Positions 1 through 11,029 of a stretch of 33,587 nucleotides of DNA are shown here, piece by piece. The translations under genes and the position numbers were made by a program. The notes beneath the pieces were generated by a model. That model ran no database searches. It was not told the DNA's origin and saw only the letters and a list, made by a program, of their open reading frames with translations. Within the stretch, counting starts at the first letter, position 1; each line of letters begins with the position of its first letter. Source of the stretch: a candidate division WOR-3 bacterium (GTDB lineage Bacteria > Hydrothermota > Hydrothermia > LBFQ01 > DSFT01); assembly GCA_965649115.1 (NCBI GenBank), contig CBFGJN010000016.1:1-33587 (forward strand), written 5' to 3'.

Positions 1-128
1 TTAAGGAAATTAAAAATTTTATGGGGGACAAAGCCCCCCTAGACCGAAAAATGGGCATTTATAAGCCGAAGGCTTATTATTAGGGTGGGTGGGAAAAATA
101 TATGTTTTCAGAATTACTAGACACAGCA
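1..128 (+). mobile_element. MITE-like repeat, right part (left part lies outside the window)
   Basis: GGGGGACAAAGCCCCC and ATAAGCCGAAGGCTTAT hairpins, GGGTGGGTGGG tract and right TIR AATTACTAGACACAGCA, all matching the copies at 31077 and 26272. Confidence 0.85.
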
Positions 129-158
129 ATTTTAAATATACTTTAAAATTTAAAAACT

Positions 159-1643
159 ATGAAACATTACAAAAATTTTATAAATGGTAAGTGGATGGAT
201 GCTAAAACTGATAGGACTTTTGAAAGTAGAAATCCTGCAAATTGGGATGAAATTATAGGAATTTTTCCTGATTCTTCAAAGGAAGATGTTGATTTGGCTG
301 TTCAAAGTGCTAAAAAGGGCTTTGAAATATGGTCAAAAATTCCCGCTCCAAAAAGAGGTGAAATTTTAAGAAAAGCAGGTGAGATTCTATTAAAAAGAAA
401 AAAAGAGATAGCTCAATTAATGAGTAAAGAAATTGGTAAGACTATTACAGAAGCAGAAGGTGATGTTCAGGAAGCAATTGATACTGCATTTTATAGTGCA
501 GGAGAAGGTAGAAGATTATTTTCATATATAACACCTTCTGAACTTCCCAATAAATTTGCATTAACTTTTAGAAGACCAGTTGGTATTGTTGGAGTAATAA
601 CTGCTTGGAACTTTCCAATTGCTGTCCCATCTTGGAAAATTTTCCCTGCTCTTCTTGCTGGAAATAGTATTATATTTAAACCTGCTCCTGATGGTTCAGC
701 AGTTGGTTCTATATTTGCGGAAGTTTTACAAGAGGCTGGGCTTCCTGATGGTGTATTTAATATCGTTTTTGGTTATGAAGCTGGAAAATTTATCGTTGAG
801 CATCCAGAAATTAAAGTTATAGCTTTTACAGGTGGAACAGAAACAGGTAAAATTATTTATCAAACATCTGCCAAGTTTTTAAAAAAAGTTTCCTTAGAAT
901 TGGGAGGAAAAAATCCTCAAATTGTAATGCCTTCTGCAAATTTAGATTTAGCAGTTGATGGGGTTTTATGGGGTGCTTTTGGAACAAGTGGTCAAAGATG
1001 TACTTCAACATCAAGGCTTATATTACATGAAAAAATCTATGATGACTTTATGGAAAGATTGAGAAAAAGATTACCTGAACTTATATTAGGTGATCCACTT
1101 GATCCAAAAACAACGATGGGACCAATTATAAATCCTCAATCTTTGGAAAAGATAAAGAAATATGTTGAAATAGGAACAAGTGAGGGAGCAAAATTAACTT
1201 ATGGAGGAAAACAGTTAAAGGATGGTTATTATTCAAAAGGTTGGTGGTTTGAACCAACGATATTTGAAAATGTCCAAACCAATATGAAAATTTTTCAAGA
1301 TGAGATATTCGGACCTGTTCTTTCTGTAATAAAGGTTAAGAGTTTTGAAGAAGCTATTGAAGTTGCTAATAATTCAAGATATGGTTTATCTTCTTCTATT
1401 TATACTAATGATATTAATGAAGCTATGAGAGCAATTGAATTATTACAGGCAGGTATTACTTATATAAATGCTCCAACAATTGGTGCAGAAAGTCATTTAC
1501 CATTTGGTGGAGTTAAAGAAACAGGTAATGGATATAGGGAAGGTGGTTGGACAGTATTTGACATATTCACAGAATGGAAAACGGTTTATATTGATTTTTC
1601 AGGGAGATTACAAAAAGCACAAATTGACACTTGGAAAGAATAA
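159..1643 (+). CDS. NAD(P)-dependent aldehyde dehydrogenase
   Basis: ITAWNFP, FTGGTETG, LELGGKNP, GQRCTS (catalytic Cys), EIFGPV and PFGGVK motifs. Confidence 0.95.
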   Translation: MKHYKNFINGKWMDAKTDRTFESRNPANWDEIIGIFPDSSKEDVDLAVQSAKKGFEIWSKIPAPKRGEILRKAGEILLKRKKEIAQLMSKEIGKTITEAEGDVQEAIDTAFYSAGEGRRLFSYITPSELPNKFALTFRRPVGIVGVITAWNFPIAVPSWKIFPALLAGNSIIFKPAPDGSAVGSIFAEVLQEAGLPDGVFNIVFGYEAGKFIVEHPEIKVIAFTGGTETGKIIYQTSAKFLKKVSLELGGKNPQIVMPSANLDLAVDGVLWGAFGTSGQRCTSTSRLILHEKIYDDFMERLRKRLPELILGDPLDPKTTMGPIINPQSLEKIKKYVEIGTSEGAKLTYGGKQLKDGYYSKGWWFEPTIFENVQTNMKIFQDEIFGPVLSVIKVKSFEEAIEVANNSRYGLSSSIYTNDINEAMRAIELLQAGITYINAPTIGAESHLPFGGVKETGNGYREGGWTVFDIFTEWKTVYIDFSGRLQKAQIDTWKE

Positions 1644-1728
1644 TATTATTGCGTTTTATTTATCAGTAAAGGGGGGCTAACGCTCCCTTGCCAAAAAAGT
1701 GGGTGGGCAAGTAAAGAAAAATAAATAG

Positions 1729-1840
1729 TGCCTTGTCCAAATAAATGGCGTTAAGTCTTTTAAAAAATTCGTTAAAATGCTTGAAATAAAGGGGGTTTTA
1801 TGGGGGTATAGCCCTCCACAGCCTGAAAATAGACACAGCA
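1729..1840 (+). mobile_element. Internally deleted MITE copy embedded in further degenerate repeat remnants (about 1670-1903)
   Basis: Left TIR TGCCTTGTCCAA at 1729 and right TIR TAGACACAGCA ending at 1840. A 9-bp spacer is followed by another TGCTTTG at 1850. Confidence 0.65.
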
Positions 1841-1906
1841 AGGAAAAATTGCTTTGATTTTATCGTGGGAATTTTAGGAGGCAAAGTTTTTAAAGCGAAG
1901 CTTTAT

Positions 1907-3289
1907 CTATCCTTCCTTTAAATTCTTATATTTTTCTACTATTTTATCAAGATATTTTAAAGCTTCTTCTCTCGTTTTAATAATTCCTTCTGCTCTTAAA
2001 TCTTCAATTTCTTGAAGAATTTTTTTATAGATTGGAGATGGTTCAATTCCTCTTTCCATAATATCATAACCCGTTATCAATCTTGGTGGTTTGTTTGCTT
2101 CTTTTTCTCTTTCTACAAGTAAATCTTCCATAATTCTTGCTAATTTTAAATGTCCAGAAACACCATAATGTGATAATTTTGTAGCAAGGGCATCACAGAA
2201 TGCCAAAAGAACTAATGGGAAAGCCCATTCACCCAATCTATTTAAAAATCTATTTATTGCTTTTCTTGTTGTTTCAGGTGCTGAAAGGTAATGAGGATGC
2301 ATATGATTGAGTATAAGATTACTAATGATTTTAATTTCATTTCTTGAAAAGCTTAATCTTCTACCAATTTCTTTAAACATTCTTGAACCTTCAACATCAT
2401 GTCCATAAAAATGAACTTCATTATTCTCATAACTATAAGTTTTTGGTTTTGCTATATCGTGGAAAATTCCCGCTATTACTAAAATTGCTTTATTTGAGCC
2501 TTCATTTAAAATTTTAAATCTATGGATATAATAATGAAATGGAGACATATTTAAAAATTTTAAATAAAAATCCAAAAATTCTATAACTTTTAATGTGTGT
2601 TCTAAAACATTTTGTTCAAGGTGTTCAAGCGGTTTTCTCAAATCTTCTAATTCAGGAAATATATGAAATGCCAAATTTAAATCAATTAAAAATTTAAATG
2701 CTTTGTACGGATTAGGACTTGAAAACATTTTAATTAATTCATAGTGTATTCTTTCACTTGCACTTTTCTTAATCAAATAGCTATCTTTTAAAATTTGATT
2801 ATAAGTATTCATCTCAATTTTAAAATTATATATTGATAAAAATCTAATTGCTCTTAGCATTCTAATTGGATCATCTTGAAATGCTGAATTATAACACATT
2901 CTAATTATTCCGTTTCTTAAATCATCAATTCCAAAAAGCGGGTCAATTATTAAACGATTTTTTATATCATAAGCAATAGCATTAATTGTAAAATCTCTTT
3001 TATTTAAATCCTCAAATATATTATTTCCTCTTGGCGATGAAATATCATAATTTATATCACTAACAACTCTTATTGTACTCTCATCAAGTTTAACAATTGT
3101 TCCCTTGGTTATTTTTGCTATTTGTTTTGAAATTTCATTAATATCGTTAAAAGTTAAAATATCTATATCTTCAATTGTTTCATCTAAAATCAAATTTCTA
3201 ATTGTTCCACCAACAATAAAACTATCCGTTTCCTTCAAAAATTCAAAAATAGGGTATTGTTTTAAATATAATTCTATTTTTTGTTCCAT
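1907..3289 (-). CDS. cca: CCA tRNA nucleotidyltransferase / poly(A) polymerase family protein with HD domain
   Basis: VGGTIRN, DIDI, DLNKRDFTINA, DDPIRMLRAIRF, FHDIAKP and HFYGHD motifs. Confidence 0.85.
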   Translation of the reverse strand: MEQKIELYLKQYPIFEFLKETDSFIVGGTIRNLILDETIEDIDILTFNDINEISKQIAKITKGTIVKLDESTIRVVSDINYDISSPRGNNIFEDLNKRDFTINAIAYDIKNRLIIDPLFGIDDLRNGIIRMCYNSAFQDDPIRMLRAIRFLSIYNFKIEMNTYNQILKDSYLIKKSASERIHYELIKMFSSPNPYKAFKFLIDLNLAFHIFPELEDLRKPLEHLEQNVLEHTLKVIEFLDFYLKFLNMSPFHYYIHRFKILNEGSNKAILVIAGIFHDIAKPKTYSYENNEVHFYGHDVEGSRMFKEIGRRLSFSRNEIKIISNLILNHMHPHYLSAPETTRKAINRFLNRLGEWAFPLVLLAFCDALATKLSHYGVSGHLKLARIMEDLLVEREKEANKPPRLITGYDIMERGIEPSPIYKKILQEIEDLRAEGIIKTREEALKYLDKIVEKYKNLKEG

Positions 3290-4437
3290 ATAAATGATGT
3301 TCTTTGCTTATTTTTCTCACCTTCAATGCTAATTATATATATTCCCGCTTTTTGTAAATCATTTATCTTAAATGTGCCTATTCCTTTGAATTTTCCTGAA
3401 TATATTGTCTTTATAGGAGAACCTCTTGTATCAAGCAATTTTATAATAATAAATTCATTATCTTTATTATTTAATTTAAGCTCAATACCATCATTTTGAT
3501 ATTTAATTTTTAATGAGAATGGGTCCTCTTTTAATGGTTTCTGTGAAGTTAAAATCATACCCCATAAACAACCACATTTTGTTTCAATTATTGGATAATC
3601 TAATTTTTCAGTTTCTAAATTTGTTTTTGGCATTTGTTCAAATAATTTAATTTCTTTGCTCGTTGATATTAAAAAGTCATAACTTCCATCATTATTAAAA
3701 TCTAGGGGAATAACACAATTTATACTATCTTTTGAACTATAAACAACTTCCATATCTCCATAATCTCTAAAAATGCTAACCCTTTTGTTGTCATATAAAA
3801 CAATCTCATTATTCCCATCATCTTCAATATCAATTAAAAAACCATCTTTATAGTTTCCATATATTTTTTTAATTTCATTTAAATTTTCATCAAGCACGAT
3901 AGCCATATTTGATTTAAAAACAATTAAATAATTCATTGATTTTGAAACATTAATAACATCTTCAAAAATGATTTTATCGTTGTCAAAATTTCTTAAATTA
4001 TTATTCTTGTCTATGTAAAGCTTTTTATCTGAGATCTCAATAATCCTATATCCGTACTTTTGATAATATGAACTATCAGAAAGGTTATAGCTTTGAGAGT
4101 TATAATAATTAGAGGATGCCAATAGAATTTTTGATTTTGTTGAGAAATCAGAAAATGTTCCTTTAATATCATAATAGTTTAGTTTTTTAGAATTTAAGTT
4201 ATAACTTAAAAAAGGTGTATCAACATTTTTCGTGATAAAGTAAATTATTGGATAATCAATATAGACTTTTTTTAATGAGTTTTCAAAAGGAAATAAGCTA
4301 TCAATTCCATTTCTGTTTAAAATGAAATTGTCCAAAAGGACTATGGATTTATTACCATCATATATAACATTTACATTCTTTGCTGTTAAATCCCAACTCT
4401 TCGTATTTATCCACAAACTCCAAACAACTAAACTCAT
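3274..4437 (-). CDS. Putative secreted FG-GAP/VCBS-repeat protein with T9SS-like C-terminal sorting domain
   Basis: DIEDDGNNEI and DFNNDGSYDF repeats; C-terminus IKLLDTRG...AGIYIISI. Confidence 0.6.
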   Translation of the reverse strand: MSLVVWSLWINTKSWDLTAKNVNVIYDGNKSIVLLDNFILNRNGIDSLFPFENSLKKVYIDYPIIYFITKNVDTPFLSYNLNSKKLNYYDIKGTFSDFSTKSKILLASSNYYNSQSYNLSDSSYYQKYGYRIIEISDKKLYIDKNNNLRNFDNDKIIFEDVINVSKSMNYLIVFKSNMAIVLDENLNEIKKIYGNYKDGFLIDIEDDGNNEIVLYDNKRVSIFRDYGDMEVVYSSKDSINCVIPLDFNNDGSYDFLISTSKEIKLFEQMPKTNLETEKLDYPIIETKCGCLWGMILTSQKPLKEDPFSLKIKYQNDGIELKLNNKDNEFIIIKLLDTRGSPIKTIYSGKFKGIGTFKINDLQKAGIYIISIEGEKNKQRTSFIWNKK

Positions 4438-4482
4438 ATAATCATAAGCTCCAAAATTTTAAAGGTAGAAAAAATAATTATT

Positions 4483-4685
4483 TGTTTTGTCTAGTAATTC
4501 TGAAATATAGATTATTTCTTATTTTCCCCACCCACCCTGAATTTAAGCCTACGGCTTTTAAATACCCATTCTTATGCTTTGGGGGGCTTTGCCCCTCTTA
4601 AATTCCCCCAATAAATCAATAATTTTCTTAAAAACTTTATAAATTACTGATAATCAATTATTTAGCATTATTTACTGGACAAAGC
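4483..4685 (-). mobile_element. MITE-like repeat, full copy (reverse orientation)
   Basis: TGTTTTGTCTAGTAA...TTACTGGACAAAGC TIRs with the family's internal hairpins. Confidence 0.85.
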
Positions 4686-4702
4686 TTAAAAAAATTCCCT
4701 AT

Positions 4703-4904
4703 TGTTGTGTCCAATAATTCTGAAATATAGATTATTTCTTATTTTGCCCGCCCACCCTGAAAATAAGGCTTCGCCTTATAAATACCCATTTTTCGGCTAT
4801 GGGGGGCTTCGCCCCCCTATAATCCCCCATAAAATCAATAATTTCTTTAAAAATTTTATAAGTTATTGACTATCAATCACTTAACACCATTTACTAGACA
4901 AAGC
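4703..4904 (-). mobile_element. MITE-like repeat, full copy tandem with the previous one
   Basis: TGTTGTGTCCAATAA...TTACTAGACAAAGC. The tandem pair is flanked by TAATTATT at 4475-4482 and 4906-4913. Confidence 0.85.
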
Positions 4905-4984
4905 TTAATTATTTAAAATTTTAAAAGGCTCTTATTAATTATTTGTCAAATTGCTATATTTTCGTTGAGTTTTAAAATTTCATT

Positions 4985-7900
4985 ATGTCAAATCTTGAAT
5001 TTGTTCATTTACATGTTCATAGTGAATATAGTCTTTTAGATGGTGTTCCAAGTGTTTCAGATTTAATAAAAAAAGCAAAAGAACTTGGAATGAATGCTAT
5101 TGCATTAACTGACCATGGTAATTTGTTTGGTGTTATTGAATTTTATGAAAAGGCATTAGAGGAGGGGATAAAACCTATTATTGGAATGGAAGGATATTTA
5201 GCACCAAATCATAGAACACAAAAACCAATAAAAGAAGATGAAAACTCTTACTTTCACATTACACTAATTGCCATGAATGATGAAGGTTTAAAGAATTTAT
5301 ATAAATTATCAACATATGCTTATTTAGAAGGATTTTATACAAGACCAAGGATAGATAAAGAACTTCTTGAAAAGTATTCTAATGGTTTAATTGTTTTATC
5401 AGGTTGTCCAAAAGGAGAAATTCCTCAAAATGTTTTAATTGACAATTATGAGAATGTAAAAAATTTAGTTGGTTGGTTTTATGAAGTATTTAAAGATAAT
5501 TTTTATTTAGAAATTCAAGATGTAGGAATTGAAGAAAATAAGAAAATAAATAAAGAGCTTTTAGAGATTTCAAAAAAATTTAATATAAAAGTCGTTGCTA
5601 CAAATGATGTTCATTATATAAATAAAGAGGATTACATTATTCAAGATATTCTTTTGGCTATACATAGCAAAACAACATTAAATGACCCAAAACGATTTAA
5701 AATTGAAACAAGGGAAATTTATATGAAAAGCAAAGAAGAAATGTACGAATTATTTAAAGGTTATGAATTTTCTTTGAAAAATACAATTGAAATAGCAGAG
5801 AAATGTAATTATAACATAAAGCTAGACCCTAATAACTTAAAACTTCCAAAACTAAATGAAGAATTAAATTTAAGAGAGCTTGCTTATGAAGGTTTAAAGA
5901 AAAAATTCAATAATGAAATTCCTGAAATTTATAAACAACGACTTGAAATGGAACTTGAAGTAATAGAAAAACTTGGATTTGAAGGCTACTTTTTAATTGT
6001 TTATGATATTGTTAATTATGCCAAAAAGAATAATATCCCTGTGGGACCTGGTAGGGGAAGTGCTGCTGGAAGTTTAGTTTTGTATGCACTTGATATTACA
6101 AAAATTGACCCAATAAAATATAACTTATTGTTTGAAAGATTCTTAAATCCCGAGAGAATATCACCACCTGATGTTGATTTGGATTTTGGAGATATTAAAA
6201 GAGATAAGGTTATTGACTATATATTCCAAAAGTACGGTATAAATTCAACTGCACAAATTATAACATTTAATACACTTGGACCAAAAGCTGCTATAAAAGA
6301 TGTTGCAAGAGTTTTTAATTATCCTTATTCAGAAATTAATTATTTAACAAAATTAATCCCATATAATCCTAATGTTCAAAAATCAAAAGATGAAATTTTC
6401 GCTGAAATTAGAGAAATTCCAGAAATAAAAAGCGCATTAAAATCAAATCCACTGCTTGAAGAAATTTTAAAATATGCCTATAAAATAACAGGAAAACCAA
6501 GAACAACATCTGTTCATGCAGCAGGTGTAGCAATTGCACCTGGGAATATAACAGATTATGTTCCATTAGCACTATCAAAATCTTCTTCTAAAAAAGAAAA
6601 AATTATTACAACACAATTTGATAAAGATATTTTAGAAAAATTAGGAATTTTAAAAATTGATTTGCTTGGTGTAACTGTTTTGAGTATTATTGAAAAAACT
6701 GTTGAACTTATAAGACAAAGAAAAGACCCAAACTTTGACATTGATAAAATTCCTCTTGATGATAAGAAAACTTATGAAATGCTTTGGAAAGGTTATTTGC
6801 TTGGTGTATTTCAGCTTGAATCTTCAAGAGGAATGAGGGAATTAGTTATGAAAATGAAACCTGATAGATTTGAAGATTTAATAGCACTAATAGCATTATA
6901 TAGACCAGGAGCACTTGCTTGGGCAAATGAATATATTGATAGAAAATTTGGAAGAAAGAAAATTGAATATGATTTTGAAGAATTAGAAGATATTTTAAAA
7001 GAAACTTATGGAATAATTGTTTATCAAGAACAAGTTATGCAAATTGCTAATAAGTTAGCAGGATTTACACTTGGGCAAGCTGATGTTTTAAGAAAAGCAA
7101 TTGGAAAGAAAAAGAAGGATTTAATGGATCAAATGAGAGATGAATTTATAAATGGGGCAATAAGTAGAGGTAAAGATCCTGAAAAAGTGAAAAAGCTTTG
7201 GGAAACTATTGAAAAATTTGCAGAATATTCATTTAACAAATCGCATTCTGCTGGTTATGCAATGCTAACATATCAAACTGCTTATTTAAAGGCAAATTGG
7301 ACAATTGAATTTTATACCGCTATATTATCACTTGAAATGTTAAAAGGACAACAATTTTATAAAAAAGCACCTGCTATTATTTATGAAGCTAAACAATTTG
7401 GAATTAATATATTACCACCTGATATAAATGAGAGTGATTTTGAATTTAAAATTGAAAATGAAAATTCAATTAGGTATGGACTTGGAGGAATAAAAGGTAT
7501 AGGAATAAATACTATTGAAGATATTTTAAAGGCAAGAAAACTTGGTAAATTCAGAAGTTTAGAAGATTTAAAGATGAGAGTTAAAGGAATAAATAAGAAG
7601 GCACTTGAAGCATTGATAAAGTCTGGTGCTTGTGATGGAATTATAAAGTCAAGAAAATCCGCTCTTTTAAGAATTGATAGTAACTTAAAAGTTGGTTCAG
7701 TTGAAGGAGGACTATTTTCCAGCGTTATAGTTAATAAAGAAGATAATATTCAAAAAGATGATGAAAACTTTCTTTTAAAATGTGAGATGGAATCGCTTGG
7801 CATTTATCTTACTAGACATCCTTTAAATCCATTTAAAAATTTATTTGAAAATTATAGAGGAATAACAATTGAGGATATTTATAATGAAGAAATAAAAGAT

Positions 7901-8380
7901 AAGGAAATTACACTTTATGTTGCAAAAGTTTTTGTTCAAACAAAAAAGAATTCAAATAAAGAAACATATTGTATTTTAACTGTTGAGGATTTTACAGGTT
8001 CAATTGATGTTTTTGTTCCCGCAGGAAAATATGCTCAATATAAAGATATTATTGAAGGTGATTATTTTGCTTATAAAATAAAGGGAATTTTAAATTATGA
8101 TGAAGAGGAAGATGAAAGAATTCCAGAAATTATGCTTGAAAAAATTGAGCCATTAACAATTAACAATTTTGGAAGTAAAGTTATTTTTGAGATTAGTTTA
8201 GATAATTTTGATGTTGAAAAGTTCATTAGCTTTATAAAAAACAATAATTCAAATGAAGGTATTGAAATATCTATAAAAATTAATGAAAATGGTTCATCAC
8301 AAATTTATAAATCCAAAAAATTTAAACTTGAAAGAAAAGCTCTTGAAAAATGTAATGAATTTAAATGGTATTTAGTTTAA
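4985..8380 (+). CDS. dnaE: DNA polymerase III alpha subunit
   Basis: HLHVHSEYSLLDG PHP domain; GPGRGSAAGSLV, FERFLNPER, PDVDLD, KIDLLG and FNKSHS motifs. Confidence 0.98.
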   Translation: MSNLEFVHLHVHSEYSLLDGVPSVSDLIKKAKELGMNAIALTDHGNLFGVIEFYEKALEEGIKPIIGMEGYLAPNHRTQKPIKEDENSYFHITLIAMNDEGLKNLYKLSTYAYLEGFYTRPRIDKELLEKYSNGLIVLSGCPKGEIPQNVLIDNYENVKNLVGWFYEVFKDNFYLEIQDVGIEENKKINKELLEISKKFNIKVVATNDVHYINKEDYIIQDILLAIHSKTTLNDPKRFKIETREIYMKSKEEMYELFKGYEFSLKNTIEIAEKCNYNIKLDPNNLKLPKLNEELNLRELAYEGLKKKFNNEIPEIYKQRLEMELEVIEKLGFEGYFLIVYDIVNYAKKNNIPVGPGRGSAAGSLVLYALDITKIDPIKYNLLFERFLNPERISPPDVDLDFGDIKRDKVIDYIFQKYGINSTAQIITFNTLGPKAAIKDVARVFNYPYSEINYLTKLIPYNPNVQKSKDEIFAEIREIPEIKSALKSNPLLEEILKYAYKITGKPRTTSVHAAGVAIAPGNITDYVPLALSKSSSKKEKIITTQFDKDILEKLGILKIDLLGVTVLSIIEKTVELIRQRKDPNFDIDKIPLDDKKTYEMLWKGYLLGVFQLESSRGMRELVMKMKPDRFEDLIALIALYRPGALAWANEYIDRKFGRKKIEYDFEELEDILKETYGIIVYQEQVMQIANKLAGFTLGQADVLRKAIGKKKKDLMDQMRDEFINGAISRGKDPEKVKKLWETIEKFAEYSFNKSHSAGYAMLTYQTAYLKANWTIEFYTAILSLEMLKGQQFYKKAPAIIYEAKQFGINILPPDINESDFEFKIENENSIRYGLGGIKGIGINTIEDILKARKLGKFRSLEDLKMRVKGINKKALEALIKSGACDGIIKSRKSALLRIDSNLKVGSVEGGLFSSVIVNKEDNIQKDDENFLLKCEMESLGIYLTRHPLNPFKNLFENYRGITIEDIYNEEIKDKEITLYVAKVFVQTKKNSNKETYCILTVEDFTGSIDVFVPAGKYAQYKDIIEGDYFAYKIKGILNYDEEEDERIPEIMLEKIEPLTINNFGSKVIFEISLDNFDVEKFISFIKNNNSNEGIEISIKINENGSSQIYKSKKFKLERKALEKCNEFKWYLV

Positions 8381-9416
8381 TAAAATGGATGATTAGATTT
8401 TTTGTTTTAGTAAATTCATCTAATTTTTCTGGATCAATTGGCTTTTCTGGTTGAATTTTTAATTTAAGAGGATTGATTAGCTTTCCATCTTTTCTCATTT
8501 CAAAGTGTAAATGAGGACCTGTTGATAAACCTGTTGAACCAACATTTCCTATGTATTGTCCAGCTGAAACTCTTTGATTAACAAAAACAGAGATTTTTGA
8601 TAAATGAGCATATCTTGTTTCATAACCCTTTGGATGCTTTATGATTACAATATTACCATATCCACCTTTCCAACCCGCATAAATAACAACACCATCTCCT
8701 AATGAAAATACTGGCGTGCCATAAGGAGCAGCATAATCAACACCATGATGTAATCTATACTCTCTTAAAATTGGGTGGAATCTATAACCCATATAGGATG
8801 TTATTTTATAAATTTTTAAAGGAGATTTTAAAAACATTCTTGAAAGTGTATTCCCGTTTTCATCATAATACTTATCACCAAATTTAATAGCTTTTTTTAT
8901 TCCTACTTTTTTTCCATAATAAACTGCATAATATATATCTCCATATCCTATAAGTCTTTCGTTATAATAGAGTTTTTCTAAAACAATCAAAAAGCTATCA
9001 CTATCTTCTGTTTCTACTAAAAAATCAATATCCCAAGCAAAAATATCTGCATATTTCTCAACAAGTTCAGGAAGCTCATTTAATTTTAAAATTGAATTAT
9101 ATAAATTACCTTCAATTGAACCTTTTATAATTTCAAGCTTTTTTTGAATAAATCCTTTTTGAAAATGAACTTCTCTAATTGTATCTTTTAATAAAATTTC
9201 AAGTTTATTGAAATTTTTCTTTATGGTAAGAATTATTGAGCTATCACTTAAAATTTTTATTTTTAATGTGTCATTTTTGTTAAATGTTTTATCATCAAAA
9301 TAATTTTTAATTGTTTGACTTAAAATGAAAATTTTTTTATTTTCAAGTCCTAAACTTGATAATATATTCCAAAGTGGTTGATTTAGACTATAAACTAAAA
9401 ATATATTATTTACCAT
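8361..9416 (-). CDS. M23 family peptidoglycan metalloendopeptidase (MepM-like)
   Basis: HHGVDYAA, YAHLS and STGPHLHFE motifs. Confidence 0.92.
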   Translation of the reverse strand: MVNNIFLVYSLNQPLWNILSSLGLENKKIFILSQTIKNYFDDKTFNKNDTLKIKILSDSSIILTIKKNFNKLEILLKDTIREVHFQKGFIQKKLEIIKGSIEGNLYNSILKLNELPELVEKYADIFAWDIDFLVETEDSDSFLIVLEKLYYNERLIGYGDIYYAVYYGKKVGIKKAIKFGDKYYDENGNTLSRMFLKSPLKIYKITSYMGYRFHPILREYRLHHGVDYAAPYGTPVFSLGDGVVIYAGWKGGYGNIVIIKHPKGYETRYAHLSKISVFVNQRVSAGQYIGNVGSTGLSTGPHLHFEMRKDGKLINPLKLKIQPEKPIDPEKLDEFTKTKNLIIHFIKLNTI

Positions 9417-10251
9417 ATCTTTCTACATAAGCTTTTGCAACCATTTTTGAACATTTTCTTATCCTTCCTATATAGATTGTTCTTTGAGATGGTGAAATTG
9501 CTCTTCTTGAATCAAGGATATTAAATGTATGTGATAATTTTATAACATAATCATAAGCGGGATAAATTAAGTTTAATTCAATCATTCTATAAACTTCCTT
9601 CTCATAAAAATCAAATGCCTTTTTATAAAATTCAACATCTGCAAAATCAAAATTAAAATAACAAAATTCTCTTTCAAAGTCTTTGTAAATATCACCCCAT
9701 TTCCATTTTTCATTCCATTTAATATCAAAAATTGTATCAACATTTTGTATAAACATTGCTATTCTTTCAAGTCCATATGTAATCTCAACTGCAGGAATTT
9801 TTAAATCAATTGAACCTGATTGTTGAAAATAGGTAAATTGAGTTATTTCTAATCCATCAATCCAAACTTCCCATCCTATTCCCCAAGCTCCAAGTGTAGG
9901 GCTTTCCCAATCATCTTCAACAAATCTTAAATCATGATTTTTTATATCTATTCCTATTGCTTTTAATGAATCAATATAAATATCAATAACATTATCTTCG
10001 GGAGGTTTTAGTATAACTTGAAATTGATAATATTGCTGAACACGATTTGGATTTTCTGCATATCTTCCATCTTTTGGTCTTCTTGTAGGTTCAATATATG
10101 CACATCGCCATGGTTTATTATCAAGAACTTTAAGAAATGTTGCTATATTGAATGTGGCAGCTCCAACTTCTGAATTATAAGGTTCAAATATAAGACAACC
10201 TTTACTTTTCCAATAATTTTTCAAGTTAAGAATAATATCTTCAAAAAACAT
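9406..10251 (-). CDS. glyQ: Glycine-tRNA ligase alpha subunit
   Basis: RRPKDGRY, EDDWESPTLGAWG, EITQFTYFQQ and EITYGLERIAM motifs. Confidence 0.97.
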   Translation of the reverse strand: MFFEDIILNLKNYWKSKGCLIFEPYNSEVGAATFNIATFLKVLDNKPWRCAYIEPTRRPKDGRYAENPNRVQQYYQFQVILKPPEDNVIDIYIDSLKAIGIDIKNHDLRFVEDDWESPTLGAWGIGWEVWIDGLEITQFTYFQQSGSIDLKIPAVEITYGLERIAMFIQNVDTIFDIKWNEKWKWGDIYKDFEREFCYFNFDFADVEFYKKAFDFYEKEVYRMIELNLIYPAYDYVIKLSHTFNILDSRRAISPSQRTIYIGRIRKCSKMVAKAYVERYGK

Positions 10252-10294
10252 AATATGATTTTTGAAAATTTTAAAGTTATCGGCATAGGGGGCT

Positions 10295-10921
10295 TTATTT
10301 ATTTATGAATTTTGAAAAATTTTTGTTATTGTAAAATGTTAAATTTTTTAAATTTTTATAATCTTCAATACTATGTGCATCTGAGCCAACTAAATCGCAA
10401 ATTTCATATAATTTTTGAGCTTTTTTCATAATTTCTGTCCCATAAGCTCCATTTAAACTTTTTACATTTACTTGAATTAGAACATTAAAATCTTTTATTT
10501 TCTTAACTTCATTAATTGTAAGGTAAGGGTATCTTTCTGGATGTGCTAAAATTGGTTTTAAACCATATTTCATAACCTTTATAAATGGTTCAATTATATC
10601 AGATGGTTTTTTATAAAAGTCAAATTCTAATAAAATAAAATTTGTTCTTTCAACAGCAAAAATTCTTGGATCATAGCTTTCAATTGCATCAATTCTAACT
10701 TCATATCCAATCAATATATTGAAGTCAATATGTTTTAATATATTTTCTCTAATTTCATTTAAAGTTTCTCTTTTCGGGAAATATAAACTATTAGCATGTG
10801 GTGTTGCTATAACACCTGAAAAATTATTTTCTTTTAAGAATTTTATCATTTCAATTGTTTCCTCTAAACTTTGAGAACCATCATCTACATTAGGCAGAAT
10901 ATGACAATGAAAATCAAACAT
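10295..10921 (-). CDS. PHP-family protein-tyrosine phosphatase (CpsB/CapC/YwqE-like)
   Basis: DFHCHILPNVDDG, ATPH, LAHPERY and GSDAH motifs. Confidence 0.88.
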   Translation of the reverse strand: MFDFHCHILPNVDDGSQSLEETIEMIKFLKENNFSGVIATPHANSLYFPKRETLNEIRENILKHIDFNILIGYEVRIDAIESYDPRIFAVERTNFILLEFDFYKKPSDIIEPFIKVMKYGLKPILAHPERYPYLTINEVKKIKDFNVLIQVNVKSLNGAYGTEIMKKAQKLYEICDLVGSDAHSIEDYKNLKNLTFYNNKNFSKFINK

Positions 10922-10964
10922 ATTTAAAAGTTTAAAATTTTAAAGGGAAGTAATTAAGAGGCTA

Positions 10965-11006
10965 TGCTTTGTTCAGTAAATTCGGGGGTTTTAATGGTGG
11001 GCGAAG
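10965..11006 (+). repeat. Degenerate MITE fragment upstream of the Argonaute locus
   Basis: TGCTTTGTTCAGTAAAT (TIR-like) joined to GGGGGTTTTAATGGTGGGCGAAG. Confidence 0.55.
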
Positions 11007-11029
11007 TTTTTATCCTTTAAAATTTAATT

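Noticed and set aside
4380..4601. 73-aa ORF sharing FPTHP.FKPTA with the tail of ORF 33137-33382, as a small protein family
   Set aside because: The shared peptide is just translation of the MITE sequence
4483..4904. Tandem repeats as a CRISPR array
   Set aside because: Units are about 200 bp with TIRs and are dispersed across the window; there is no short repeat-spacer periodicity and no cas gene
4985..8380. Intein or split in dnaE
   Set aside because: Normal length, continuous motifs, no intein signatures
9406..10251. glyQ without adjacent glyS as an anomaly
   Set aside because: Unlinked glyQ and glyS occur in many bacteria, and gene order here is generally shuffled
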